This document shows, piece after piece, positions 27,662 through 41,494 of a stretch of 64,000 nt of DNA. Location: positions 3,968,001-4,032,000 of the forward strand of contig CM022677.1 of assembly GCA_012295275.1 (NCBI GenBank), given 5' to 3'. The stretch is from Chrysomallon squamiferum. Its lineage: Eukaryota > Animalia > Mollusca. The translations under genes were made by a program, and so were the position numbers. How positions within the stretch are numbered: the first letter of the stretch is position 1; each line of letters starts with the position of its first letter. The notes under the pieces were generated by a model, which did no database searches, had not been told where the DNA came from, and saw only the letters and a program-made list of their open reading frames with translations.

Positions 27662-29238
27662 AATTACTATTACTGTTATAGCATAATTTAGTTTTTGTTA
27701 TTTATTCTTAATATTATGTTTGTTATTATTTTACTAATATTATATTTTTGATTGATATTTCTGTGGCTTGTTCATAAAATACATAATAATCTGTAATTAA
27801 TATATAGAGAATAATATTATTAACCTTTAATTTAACGATTGATTCTTTTATTTTTTTTATGTTATTGAATAAAAAATTAAAAAAAAAGACCTGCAATTTT
27901 CATGTAAAAACTTCTGTTTAGCAGAAGTACTAAATTAATTTATTTCATAAATATAATTATGGATTTCTTTAAAAAATTTAAAAAATAATTATATCCATAG
28001 ATGAGAATGTCGTTTAATATAAAAATTACCTGAATATAATTTTGACCAAAAGATCAAAGCTTGAGCTAGGTGAAACATAAATAAAACGAATATACCGTTT
28101 TTATTTTTATTTTTTAGGCAGTGCAGAATGCTGAAAAACTGTTATTATTATTATTATACATGAAGTTCTTCCATTAAATATATTATTTCTGTCAAAATTC
28201 GTTTTATGTCTGTGATATCTTTTCTGTCCAATTTTTCTTGGATTTAAAATAAGTAAATAAATAAATAAATCTCACATCGTTTATTCAAGTTTGATAAAGG
28301 TAAAATACACCTGTAGTAAATTCAGTGCTCAACATAATTAACTATGATGTACATTTGTATATTCTTACAGAGGAAACATATCATTGTTTTTATACTGTTT
28401 TAATGAGTAAGCGTGTAAATAGCTTATGTGATTAGATGCTTTGTCAAATATAAACCTGTATACATTATATTGTTATTAATAAAATAAAACTATTCATTGT
28501 TGAGTTTTGTTTAATTTGTTGCCTTCGATGAAGCCCCTATAATAATGATGATGATGATGATGATAATGAGGATGATGATAGATATAAATATATTATCATA
28601 ACCATTACCATCATTATTATTGTTATTTTTGGTCTCCTTAAAATTATTATTGTTATCATCATCATTCTTCTGTTCCTCCACTTTATCATCATCATCATTA
28701 CATTAAAGTCCACTTGAAGCAAAAGCTAAAGTTTAAATATATGTTAGAATTTTATGCAAATGAAAATTAAAATTAATATAAGAACAATCTTGGTTATTTC
28801 ACTGTAGGGTAAAAAAATAATTGTGTGTGTGTGTGTGTGTGTGAATACATCACAAAACTTTGTGACCGTATAAACTAATACAGGACTGCTTTGATATCTA
28901 ATTGCAAATGGCCATTCCATTGTATATGAACTAAAAAAAAAACCCAATAAACAAAGCAAAGAGAAATATGTTTATTTGGTAAATTTTATTTTATGAGAAG
29001 CCAATAATAGTGAAGAGACCTTCATAATTACATATAACTAATATACAACAACAAACTTCAAGATACTAGTATGTATTAACTAATAAATCTATTAATTTTG
29101 TTGAATATACCTCTCTCTCTGTTCTGTGCTGTGTGTGCGTGCGTGTGTCTGTGAATTTATTAAACAATATTTAATTAAATTAATAAGACGTCTGAAACTG
29201 GAACAGCTATTCAGCTAACCAACATTTTCTATCTATGC

Positions 29239-29563
29239 CAGTGGTGGCAAAACGTTGATGCTAGGCGTGTCAATACTTTTATATTTTAGTCATTTTTACA
29301 TCGTCGTGTGTCACTTCTAAATTTATATTGTTATCATAGATCCAGCAGTTGCTCCAGAATTCACTCTTCTATATTATGAATAGGAATAAATGTTACCAGA
29401 GTACAGCAAGGAGTTCTGCTGTCACCCACTACTTTTAATTCTCTCTTATTAACTTTTAAATTACGTGACCAAAAATATTCGAGAATATATTAAATCAATG
29501 TCCAAGGTACTCAGTGTCGCGCGTGTCACTGCTGACACGCGTGTTATAGTTTTGCCACCACTG
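29239..29563. mobile_element. Non-autonomous hAT-type MITE (325 bp) upstream of Rheb
   Basis: TIR CAGTGGTGGCAAAAC ... GTTTTGCCACCACTG; internal CGTGTCA-type subterminal motifs. Flanking 8-mers atctatgc / atatacac match at 5 of 8 positions, consistent with a decayed TSD. Confidence 0.75.
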
Positions 29564-29970
29564 ATATACACTAATGTAATTATCTTTGTTTACTTTAGTT
29601 AGTCCAGTGAAAAAACCCAACTAATTATGTTGCATGGTTTTGTCTACCTTTCTCTGCATATAATTGATTGAATTTATTTTATTTTATTTTTATTTTTATT
29701 ATTTATTGGTAAGTGTTTTTAAGTAGAAAACAATTATTTCAACAATTTCAAATAATAAAAACTGCACAATCATTTATGTTCACAATATACATTTAAAATT
29801 AAATCTGCAATATATTACGTTTTACAATTGGTTGATAGCAAAATAAAAGGTGGCGTGAGATCAACAAAGATAACCCTTCCTTGCGAAGGCGTAGAATTGT
29901 TCCCTGAAGTTAAACGAACTTGTGTTTGTATTTTCTTAATTTTCAATCTTTCAAATAATTTTGTTGTCAT

Positions 29971-30120
29971 ATGGCTAACAACAACAGGATACAACGGAGA
30001 ATAGGGATTATGGGATTTCGATCTGTCGGTAAGAACAATTGAAATATCAATGTATTATTTTTTTATAATTATCAAATTTGTTATTTGTTATTATTATTAT
30101 TTTTTTTTTTTTGGACTTGG

Positions 30121-30161
<41 letters not shown>

Positions 30162-32978
30162 AAGAAAAAATGCTTTTCTGGAACATGGCCAAACGAATAT
30201 TTTATTTTGGTTTGTTTTTAATCCTGACAAAAATATTAATAATTTAATTTAGATGTTCTTTATAAATTATAGTACTGTAATCAAAACGTAACGATTCTAA
30301 GGCATACACGGATTTAGGAACTTAGAGGAATAAATATATTTTTCCATAAAAATAAAATGTATTTTTTATTTTGAAAAAACGCACTAATCATGATTTCAAA
30401 ATTAATAGTTTGTTTTTGTTTTGTAAATGGAAAGGATGAATAAATGTTATCTATTTAATTATATAATTTCTTGCGTCAGAACAATTTCCGTCATTTAATG
30501 AGTCATTATTACAATTTTATTGTGAGTTTGAGAACTAGTGATTTAAGATTCTGTGGCAGGTTAAGTATTTGTCACTAATTTGAACTGATGGTCATCTGTA
30601 ATTTAGCCTAATGAATACATTATTGCAACAACTTGCCTGTTTGCAAAATGATGAATTATCTCTAAAATTTTAAATTCTAAAGCAGTTGTATATAAACATA
30701 AAAATAATACTGATATTTCTGTGCTTGAAAAATATCTCAGTTTTAAAATTCATAATGTTATTTGTGCTTTTACCTTTAAGTCTAATCAGTAATAAATATG
30801 GTTAGTTTGTTGGCTTGTCTGAGCTTAGAATTAGGAATGAAGATAAAATAAGCATCCGTGAATTGCATGCTTAGATCTTCCCAGTAATAAATAAATAAAT
30901 AAATAAATAAATATTATTTTCTAGAAAATAGTACTAGTTAATTCCAAAAATGTGAACTCACAGAACAGTGTTGTTTCTTTTATTAAACATTTTCTTCAAA
31001 CTGGAGTAATGTTTAAGTCAGTGCAGCTGTATTTTTTTAAAATGTGGCAGCCGCTGTCCAGAATGTGTATGAGATATTTAATAATGTGTTTGTTTGTGTA
31101 TTTGTTTGTTAGGTAAACATATTAAATGCTAAATTTAGTTACTAAACAGTTAAATTATAATTTATTTATGTGTAATGTAAACAAGTAAGTTATAATTTAT
31201 TTACATATTTACATAATATTTTATTTTTATTTTTAGGAAAGTCGTCATTGACAATCCAGTTTGTTGAGAATCAGTTTGTTGATTCATATAATCCCATTAT
31301 AGAGAACAGTAAGTTGATGTTCAGATTTTTAAAACCAATAAATAAATAAATAAATAAATAAATAAAAATACATTTTATTGTTTGTTTCTAGACTCTGATA
31401 TGATACAAACAAATGATGCTTATTCATTTTAAATTCTCCAGGTTGTTTATTTGTTACTTATTAATAATAATAATAATAATATTTATAATAATAATAATAA
31501 TTAAATGTTTTACGATTGTCTACATTTTTCCACAAATATTTTCTATACTTTCAAATGATTGTTATTTATTTTTGATTTTGATTTTTAAAGTCTACCTGAT
31601 TGCACAAAGCTGATTGTTTTCATTTGTTTGTCTGTTTATAATAATAATTCAAAGTATTTAATTTATTGAACCAATTAGTATTCAGTTTAAGAACATGTTT
31701 ATATTCCAACTCTTGTTTTCAGCATTTCTAAAGAAGATTACAATAAATGGTCAAGAATATCTACTGAATCTTGTAGACAGAGCAGGCCAGGTAAACACGT
31801 CAACAGCAAACCAAACATGGCGTCGTTGTTGAATATAATTATACTTTTAATATATATAAATAATTATTATTTGTTTTTGATATATAAATATGTTTTCTTG
31901 CAGTAAATATTAATTCTTTCACAATAACAATTTTCTTTATTATATATTTGTTTTCAATTTAAACTTTATTTACAAATACTTTTTCTTGCAAGTAATAGTA
32001 AATAACAGACTTGTATGTTTGTGTATGTGTATATATATATATATATATATATACTTTTTGATTTAAATAGTATTTACATTCCTTTTGTTTTCAACAAATG
32101 GTAAATCTTTCACAATTTATTTTATGTTTTATTTTATTTTTTAACTTTATAGAACAGTATTTATATATTTTTGATACCCATTTCATTTGGTTATGTTATT
32201 GTGTTTTTTTTAATTTGGTTTATCAAAAAGCATTCATCTTTTATTCTAGGATGAATATTCTGTGATACCATCTTCCTATTTTGTCAATATTGATGGCTAT
32301 GTTCTTGTCTACTCAATAAATTCACGCAAAAGGTTTGTACAACCAATTCTAAAAAAAAATATATAAATTATTAATTATTGCTACTTTTTACTGGAATACA
32401 TTAAAAAAGAAATTAGAAAAAATTAAAAGAATTAGATATTTCTCTTTGTTTCTCTTTGATAAAATTGCATTTGAAAGAAGCTGACGACACAATTAGTCAT
32501 TTTAATATTTGAAGTCCATGGTTAAAATATGGCGACAGTCATTTCCATGGTTAAAATATATGATATAGATATTTTGAGCATGTGGGTCTGCTTATGGAGT
32601 GCTCTTTTGGCTGTTTCTTGTTCCACTCTATGTCTGACACTTATTTGAGAAACTATTACGTGTCTACCTGTCTGTTCATCAACGAGATTACTTCATACAA
32701 ATGTGGCAGCTAATTTCTCCTTTAAAATAATCATAATAAATTAATATAATCCAGTATTTTGTCTCGCATCTGGTAAATTTCTGTTAATGTTAGAGGTATT
32801 TTCAGGAAAAAGAAAAACAAATTAAGAAGAAAAAGTTAAATTTTTAAAAACAATATTAATGTTGAATGGAATGTTTGTGATTTCAGCTTTGAAGTTGTAA
32901 AATTTCTGTATGAAAAAATATTAGACATGAAAGGAACTTCACAGTACGTTCGTTTTACTTTGTATCTCAATTCTCTTT

Positions 32979-33026
<48 letters not shown>

Positions 33027-33235
33027 CTCTGTATATATTAATATTGGGGGTAATTGATTATCATTATTAATATTAATATTACTACTATTGCTACTAATAA
33101 TATAAATAATATGATTATCATTGTTATTATTAATACTGTCATAATTGTTGTTGTTACGATTATTAATAATAATAATACTGTCTTTATTGTTGTTATTAAT
33201 ATTAGTTTATTATTACTGCTACTGTTACAGTTACA

Positions 33236-33289
<54 letters not shown>

Positions 33290-33965
33290 TTCAGAGTTCC
33301 AGTTGTCTTAGTGGGAAACAAGAGTGACCTCAAACTGGAAAGGTAATTAGGATCCATTTTTTTTTTAATTGGACAATAAAAGAGAATATTAACAATTAAA
33401 GAGATGTTTGTATTAATGCTTTGTTTCATTTATTTTACAGATTGTTAAATTAAAAATTATCGTTTGAATTCTTTACTGTAAAAATAACAATTATATTTAA
33501 ATTTTTCTATTTCAGAGTTGTTGCTTATGAAGAAGGGAAGAAAGTGGCAGATTCATGGAAGGCTCCATTTTTAGAGGCTTCAGCTAAAGATAATGAAGTG
33601 GGATAACAATTAACTTTATTACTATAGTTATCAGTTTTATTGTTGTTGTTACTATTATATTATCAGTATCATTATTATTATTATTAACATGTTCAGTATC
33701 GTCATCATCATATATTTTAACACTTTTTGCTGTCGTATCAAAATATTATTTGTTTTGTTGATTGTTTAATAATAAATAATTAATAAAACTGCTTTTATTT
33801 ATTTTTTTAAATTCTTTTTTTGAATTTAAAAATAATCTTTTTATGTATAAATTTTGTATTATTATTATTTTACAGCATGTTCCTGAAATATTTCAAGCCA
33901 TAGTTATTGCCATAGACAAGTCGCTCGGTCCACCTCCAGAGAAAAGTGGATGTATAATTTCATAG
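29971..33965 (+). CDS. RHEB: Rheb small GTPase, complete 8-exon gene, 185 aa (29971-30028, 31237-31308, 31723-31790, 32250-32332, 32887-32943, 33295-33342, 33516-33597, 33876-33965)
   Basis: MANNNRIQRRIGIMGFRSVGKSSLTIQFVENQFVDSYNPIIENTFLKKITINGQEYLLNLVDRAGQDEYSVIPSSYFVNIDGYVLVYSINSRKSFEVVKFLYEKILDMKGTSQVPVVLVGNKSDLKLERVVAYEEGKKVADSWKAPFLEASAKDNEHVPEIFQAIVIAIDKSLGPPPEKSGCIIS*. Has the Rheb-specific G1 Arg (GFRSVGKS), NKxD, SAK and CAAX; all introns GT-AG and in phase. Confidence 0.95.
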
Positions 33966-34679
33966 AAATAAGACAAAAGTTATTGAGACTGAAACTGTTT
34001 TTAGAATAATTCTACATCTTTCATCAAGACAAATAACATTAAACAGTGAAGAAGGAAAAAAAAAAAAAAAAAAAAATAACACACAAAAATGGAGGCTAAA
34101 TTATTTTCCCCGATTTCTGATTTCTGATACAGCCTTCCAAAAAAAAAAAAAACTGCAAGAAAAAAGCAGCAACTTGGAACGAAATGTGAATTATATGCAT
34201 CATATTAATTGTAAATACTGGAATGTTGGAGGATAAATGTGTGAAACTGACCGAAAAATTACTGTGCAAAATACCGGTACATGCAAAAATTTGCAAAAAA
34301 AAAAAAAATTAAAAAATTAAAAAAATTAAAAACTGAAAAAAAAAAAAAAAGCAACATTTTAATTAGATTTACTGTCACTTGTAGCTCTAGGAGTTTTTAG
34401 GTTTTAGATTTATGTCTCTTTATTCTTTTCTCTTTTTTTTTTTTTTTCTAAATATCTTTTCCTGCCCAGTATAAAACAATTGTTATTGTAATTACATTGA
34501 AGAATGTTGACCCATATAGTGAAATCATTTTGAAAAAAGATTTAAATATTATTTGTTGGCTGTTAATATGTTGTAGTTGTTGGAAATGATTTAACTCATC
34601 TTCTTATTTATTTTTTTATTTTATTTTTTGCATTTGTGATTTACTGAAGTTTATGTTTGACAAATTTAATATTTTTTAA

Positions 34680-34901
34680 TTTGTGAAGAAACATCTGAAG
34701 GAGATTGGTGAAATTCACACAGAATATGATAAAATGCTGGCAAAGAAATTTGCTGATCAGTATCTCCGTGACGACGGAGTCTTTGTTCTGAGACTGATTG
34801 TGAAAAACATGAGTGAAATTCTCTTTTCTGATGTAATTAAAAGTTTGTGGTTAACTTACAAAAATAAACCCAGTAAAATAGAAGCAGATATAGTACTGTG
34901 A
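34680..34901 (+). pseudogene. Orphan innexin C-terminal fragment
   Basis: FVKKHLKEIG...KKFADQYLRDDGVFVLRLIVKNMSEILFSDVIKSLW matches the innexin C-terminal F..YLRxDGVFxLRL..N...LW motif. In-frame TAA immediately upstream; no TM exons nearby. Confidence 0.75.
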
Positions 34902-35129
34902 AGAGAAATGTGTAAGAAGAAACTTAAAACTGGACAGATAGCAATTTGACTTATCAACAAAAAAAACACTGTAGTCTTAGTTGCTAATATATGCTTGTTA
35001 ATATATATATATATGGAAATTCTGTCTTCTTCCAGTTTCTCAAAAATTGTATTTGCCAAGCAGTGTACACCATTTTTGTTGATTTGAATATATATATATA
35101 TATCTCATCTCCAGATCTGATTGCAAATT

Positions 35130-35576
35130 GTTTAATAACAGGGATTATTTCTCCTTTATTTTATTACATTATTTCTCCTTTATTTTATTACATTATTAAA
35201 AGAAAGGGCTTTTGATTACATTTTATTTCTTTTGTAAAGTTATTGGTGGTTTTTTTGTTGTTTTTTTGAATTTATTATTTTATTTGCTTGTCTTTGACAA
35301 GTAAATAAAATATTATTTTTAAAAAATATATATATTAAGTTTTTATGTCATGAGCAAAGTTAATCAAAGAGTAAAATGATCAGTATAAATTGATATTGTC
35401 AAATCATTAAGAATTCTATGAATTCTTTAGTTGATTTTTTGATTTTATTTTTTCTTCATGTAAGTTTTGAAATATACCAGGCAACTATTGTTTTCACCTT
35501 TTTAATTTCTCTTTTGTTATTTTACATTATTAAAAAGAAACAGCTTTTGATTACATTTTCTTTTCTTTTATAAAGT

Positions 35577-35616
<40 letters not shown>

Positions 35617-36500
35617 CATTTATTATTTTATTTACTTGTCTTTTTACAGTTAAAAAAAGAAAAATGATTTCAGATTAAACTTTTCTGGTTTAGAAGATTT
35701 GGTAAATGTATATATATATATATATTTTTTTTAAATGTTTTTTTATTTCATGAGTAAAGGCAATCAGAGTAAGATGATTAGTATAAATATCTATTAATTA
35801 TTAAATCCTTAAGAATTCTGTGAATTATTTTTTTATTTTGAAAAGAAAAAGGTAGGATTATTTTTCTTTTAGCTATGCAGTGTTTGTTTCTTTACATACA
35901 TATTTTAATATATAAAAAATATTTTTTAATTTTGTTACTAAGTATGAGATCTTTGGATTAAACTTTTCTCAGGTTTAGAAGATTTGGTATAAATTAATAT
36001 TAATTATAAAATCATTAAGAATTTTCTGAATTCTTTTTTTGTTTCCTATTTTATTTTTTCTTCATGTAAATTTGTTACTAAGTACAAGTTTTTGGATTAA
36101 AGTTTTGTTTGAAGATTTGGTATAAATTAATATTAATTATCAAATCATTAAGAATTCTGTGAATTATTTTTTATTTTGAAAAGAAAAAGGTGAGAATATT
36201 TTTCTTTTAGGTATATAATGTTTGTTTCTCTACATACATATCTTAATATATAAAAAATATTTTTTAATTTTGTTACTGAGTATGAGTTTTTGGATTAAAC
36301 TTTTGTTTGAAGATTTGGTATAAATTAATATTAATTATCAAATCATTTTTTTTCAATTTTTTCATCATGTAAGTTTGTTATTAAGTACAAGTTTTTGGAT
36401 TAAACTTTTCTCTGAAGATTTGGTATAAATTAATACTAATTATCAAATCATTAAGAATTGTTTGAAGTTTTTGGATTAAACGTTTCTCTGGTTTCAGATT
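35130..36500. repeat. Imperfect AT-rich tandem/segmental repeats
   Basis: Recurring TTTGGATTAAACTTTT..GAAGATTTGGTATAAATTAATATTAATTATCAAATCATTAAGAATT blocks. Confidence 0.7.
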
Positions 36501-36784
36501 AAATTATTATTTTTTAAAGTATTTAATTGAGATCATTTTTCATTATCATACCATAAGTACTGGATGTACTGGCTTCATCTGTTTTAATTTTCCTGTGATT
36601 GTACTGAAATGTAATTACTGAAATGTAATTACTAGAAGACTGCTTTTTATTCTTTTTTAATTTTGTTATATTTTCTTAATAAAATTTTTAAAACATTATT
36701 TGGTTGTTTAGTGTAACATGCTGAAGTTTTGTTTAAACTTTGCTCCAGTTGTAAACTATTACTTATTTTATTCTGACATTTTAT

Positions 36785-36836
<52 letters not shown>

Positions 36837-37218
36837 CAAACACACACATATATACATATAGCTTATACCATACACACAATCATACACACAAAAACATGCA
36901 TACATATATACCAGACTTCCACACACACACACACACTCTCACACATACATACACAGAAACATACATTCACACCACAAACATGTATACATACATACATACA
37001 TAAATGTATTTCCATCTATACATCCCTCCCTCCCTCCCTCTATCTATATATCATGTACATACACACTACTGTACTTACCTCTGTTTTTTTTCACTTTTGT
37101 TTTTCATATTTGTCTTTAGATTCTGCCTTACCCTTTCTTTTCTTGGACAAATCAGTTTGTCAGATGAAAACACGTATTTACGCAGGTCCATGTTCTCTGC
37201 TCGAATACAACCATAACC

Positions 37219-37930
37219 GAACATGAACTGTGAAGTGATCTGATTGTCAGACAAGCACTGAACATGAACTGTGAAGTGATTTGATTGTCAGACAAGAACT
37301 GAACATGAACTGTGAAGTGATTTGATTGTCAAGAACATGAACAAGATTTGATTGTCAGACAACTGAACATGAACTGTTAAGTGATCTGATTGTAAGACAA
37401 GCACTGAACATGAACTGTAAAGTGATTTGATTGTCAGACAAGCACTGAACATGAACTGTGAAGTGATTTGATTGTCAGACAAGCACTGAACATGAACTGT
37501 TAAGTGATTTGATTGTCAGACAAGCACTGAACATGAACTGTGAAGTGATTTGATTGTCAGACAAGCACTGAACATGAACTGTTAAGTGATTTGATTGTCA
37601 GACAAGCACTGAACATGAACTGTTAAGTGATTTGATTGTCAGACAAGCACTGAACATGAACTGGGAAGTGATTTGATTGTCAGACAAGATTGAACATGAA
37701 GACAAGCACTGAACATGAACTGTGAAGTGATCTGATTGTCAGACAAGCACTGAACATGAACTGTAAAGTGATTTGATTGTCAGACAAGAACTGAACATGA
37801 ACTGTAAAGTGATTTGATTGTCAGACAAGCACTGAACATGAACTGTGAAGTGATTTGATTGTCAGACAAGGGCCGAGCATAAACTGGGAAGTGATTTGAT
37901 TGTCAGACAAGGGCCGGGCATGAACTGGGA
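37219..37930. repeat. 41-bp minisatellite (GAACATGAACTGTGAAGTGATTTGATTGTCAGACAAGCACT), about 17 copies
   Basis: 41-bp period from 37219 to 37260 to 37301; no spacers. Confidence 0.92.
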
Positions 37931-39249
37931 TATGGATGACCAGATTTACTTCAACATGGATGTGAGCTGTTGTTTGCAGGTCCAATTTTCTGTATAGACA
38001 AAGACGTTAAATGTAAATACCTCATTTACTGGGCAGGTGAACAAGGTGTTGAACTTTTCGTTAGTTGTGGAATGTCCAGCGAAGATGAGAAATTACTCGC
38101 AAGCTCCTGGGCAGGGTTGGAAACCTGTAAAAGCTCAAAGAACTAGAATCCTTCGAGCCTCAGAAACATTTAGTAAATTAATGAAGAAAGACACTTTGTT
38201 TCTTATGGCAGCCAGAACATCAGAAAGACTTTGAAGTGGTAAATGATGACACGACAAAGTCTCTGGTACTGGCATATTATGATGAAAACAAGATGTGATC
38301 CAGTCAGATGCAAGTCTCAAAGGGCTAAGATGCGTACTGATGCAGGATGACAAACATGTATGCTATGGCAGTCGATCGCACACAGAACTCCTAGAAAAGT
38401 TTAACAATTATGTTTTCCAGTGGCTGGTAAAACAACATAGTTTTTGATAAATGAAGATATTAGCTGTAACAGGAAACATTCTAAAATATACACTATGAAA
38501 TATTGAGACAACAAGAGAAAAAACAACAACACAAATATTTTCTCTAATCATTTATTTTTAATAAAAACACAAATGAAAATGCATTAAAAATAAAAAATAA
38601 ATTATTTTCCCATACAAAACTTAACATCATACCTTGATGCAAAAACGAAAACAAATAAAAAATACTGAAAATTATTACTGAGCATTCATGTGCGTATTTC
38701 ACAACCATGTTTAAACAGTTAAAAGATGGACAAAAATATATGTTAATTTAAAATAAAAATGACTGAAATGGAACAAGAAAAGAATATGAAAAGGGAAAAA
38801 AATTGTTAAATCAATTTAAATATTTTCATTTAAAAGAGAAAAAATAACATAAACGAAATATTGCTAGAAATTTACAATAAATTATTTTAGGCTTATTTTA
38901 TACGAAAAACATTATTTTAACATTATTTTATTAAATGTAATATTAATTAAGTTCTTAAATTACAACTTAATTAATATTATGTATTACACATATTTATTAT
39001 ATAGTTATATTTTAAAACATTTTTTTTTTTTTTGACATAGGAAAAAAAAAAGAAAAGAAAACAGAATAAAACCCCCACCAAATCAACATGTTCTGTTTAA
39101 AACATTGATATTTGTTACTCAGAATAATTCGGTAACAGAATTAACATTTATATATGAAGACTTTTAATGTTGATTTCAAAACTGCTGTAACCCAAATATT
39201 GCAAACATTTATCATTAAAAAAGAGAACTTTCAAGAAAACAAGAAGTTC

Positions 39250-39321
<72 letters not shown>

Positions 39322-39894
39322 TAAAATTATTAAATATTTAAGTACTGACTGTTAATGACATCTGTATGTAAGTTGTTTACACATGCAGATACACCCTGCC
39401 TCACCAACACATGCACATCTAATGCACAGACACACAGAGGTAAATTCAGAGAGTTCACAGCACTTTTATCACATTCCAGATAAGAAAATAAAATACTATT
39501 TACAAAAAATAAAAAGTAAGGAACCAAGAAATGCATATAGTATTGAATATTCACTAGACATAATTAGCTGATATAATGCTGGTCAAAAGTTTCCAAACAA
39601 TATGGATGCCATCCATATTTTACTCATGTATTGTCAAAGATACATCTTAAAAACATTAAAACAGCTTTATAAAGTAAATTATTCACACAGCCTAGTATCA
39701 ACGATTAAAATTTATTAAAATTTAGCATATCTAATAATATTAAATAATAAAAATAGTAATAAAGTAAAACATAACAATAATAATAATGATAAAAATGAAA
39801 ATAAGGATGATGATAATAAAAATAAAATCAGAGTTGTAAAAAAATTCAGTGAATGTGACAGTAAGTAAGAAAAGAAAAACACTACTCAAAACAT

Positions 39895-41494
39895 TTAGTA
39901 AATCCTCTGAAACTGGAGAAATGTGGCCACAGTTTTTGTAAAGGTTGTATTGCTACACAAATGAACTACAAACCTGTTTGTCCTGTCTGTGCAATGTTGT
40001 GTGGTGTTCTCACTGGTAACATGCCTACAGGAGGAACAATGCGTGTTGCTTATGATCAGTGGGGACTTCCTGGACATGAAGAATGTGGATATCACTTACT
40101 CGTGAAGGCAAACTGTAAGTACTCTGCAATGTTTCTACAGCTGTTTCAGTGAGATGTCTTTCTAAATACAGATACAAACAGAGGCGCACTCTTGTTTTCA
40201 AATACTGGATGTGATATGCAATTATGTTTTCTTCAAGTGTAGAATAAACAATTAAATGGAATCAATGATTTAACTGATACAGATTAATACATTTCTAAAG
40301 CATATAAAAAAAAATTAAGAACGTAGGCACATTACTGACATTATACAATTTAATTAAATGTTCCATTTGGTGTTTGATAATATAAATAGTGGATTTTACA
40401 ACATCATTCTTCTCTAAAACTAACCATTATTACTGAGTTTTATAAGTAACCCAACTTTCTTAATTACACAGACTGAAATTTCTTTGTTTTAACTCTTTTT
40501 TTATTTCTTTTTTTTATCAATATCAAATTTTCATTCTGTTGGCCTTTATATATATATATATATATATATACATACATATACTGCAATATAAGATATTATT
40601 TATATTAGCACATATGGTTTTTAATAAAAAAAATAATTTTATAATTATTGTTTTATTTGCTATGTTTGGAAGCCTCTCTGGCAGAGTTGCCTGATTTTAA
40701 ATCTCTCTCTGTTCTAAATTTACATTTAATCAGCACTGTTGTAATGCTTTATTTTATATATTTAAATACTAATAACATATAAAATTTATTGCAGATCTTC
40801 ATGTTTTTCTACAGTTTGTTTCTACAACTGTTTTATATAAACTGTTTTTCAGAAAGAACATCCTAATGAAGGACAGAGGTATGATGATATTACATATCCT
40901 GCATATTTACCAGACACCAAATGGTCGCAAAGTACTTGCCATGTTACGTGTTGCTTGGGAACGAAGACTGACATTTACTATTAGAAGATCAGTGACAACT
41001 AGATGTGATGGCGTCATAACTTGGAATGACATTCATCACAAAACAAACGTGTTAGGAGGCCCAGACAAGTAGGTTCTCGTACAAACAATCTTAGTAGTAA
41101 TGTTTGTAATAATAAATCAGCTGAAGCTTACTAAGTTTACGATCCCGTCTGAATGTGGTTCTTTACATTTAACATTTGAGAAACAAATATCTCAACTGAA
41201 GATCTTAAACATTATTTTCTTTGTTTTAAAAGTGTTCCTTCTTTAGAATAAATAATTTCTAAAGCAACATGAATAAAGTTTAGTTTTCATATTAACAATG
41301 ATTTGTTTTCTCTCACAAAGTTTTATCATACAGTTCTGTGTATTTATATGATATTAATATATTGTTTCTCTGACAGTTTTGGTTATCCAGGTCCTGGCTA
41401 TCTTAATCGTGTGTAAGAAGAACTGTCAGCCCTTGGAATCACTGAAGAAAGTGTTAAAGATCCAAAGTACAAGCAGCTCACTGGAACCTTTTAG
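39895..41494 (+). pseudogene. Deltex-family (DTX3/DTX3L-like) RING + DTC E3 ligase pseudogene (about 39895-40113, 40853-41068, 41377-41494)
   Basis: KLEKCGHSFCKGCI...PVCPVC...LTGNMP.G.M...LPGHEECG; KEHPN...AYLPD/PNGRKVLAMLRVAWERRLTFTI...ITWNDIHHKT...GGP; FGYPGPGYLNRV*EELSALGI. The first RING CxxC is missing, there are two frameshifts, and an in-frame TAA at 41414. Confidence 0.88.

Noticed and set aside
38340-38390. GVLCAIDC as a Harbinger/HARBI1 DDE motif
   Set aside because: Single short motif followed by stops; no other transposase motifs or TIRs.
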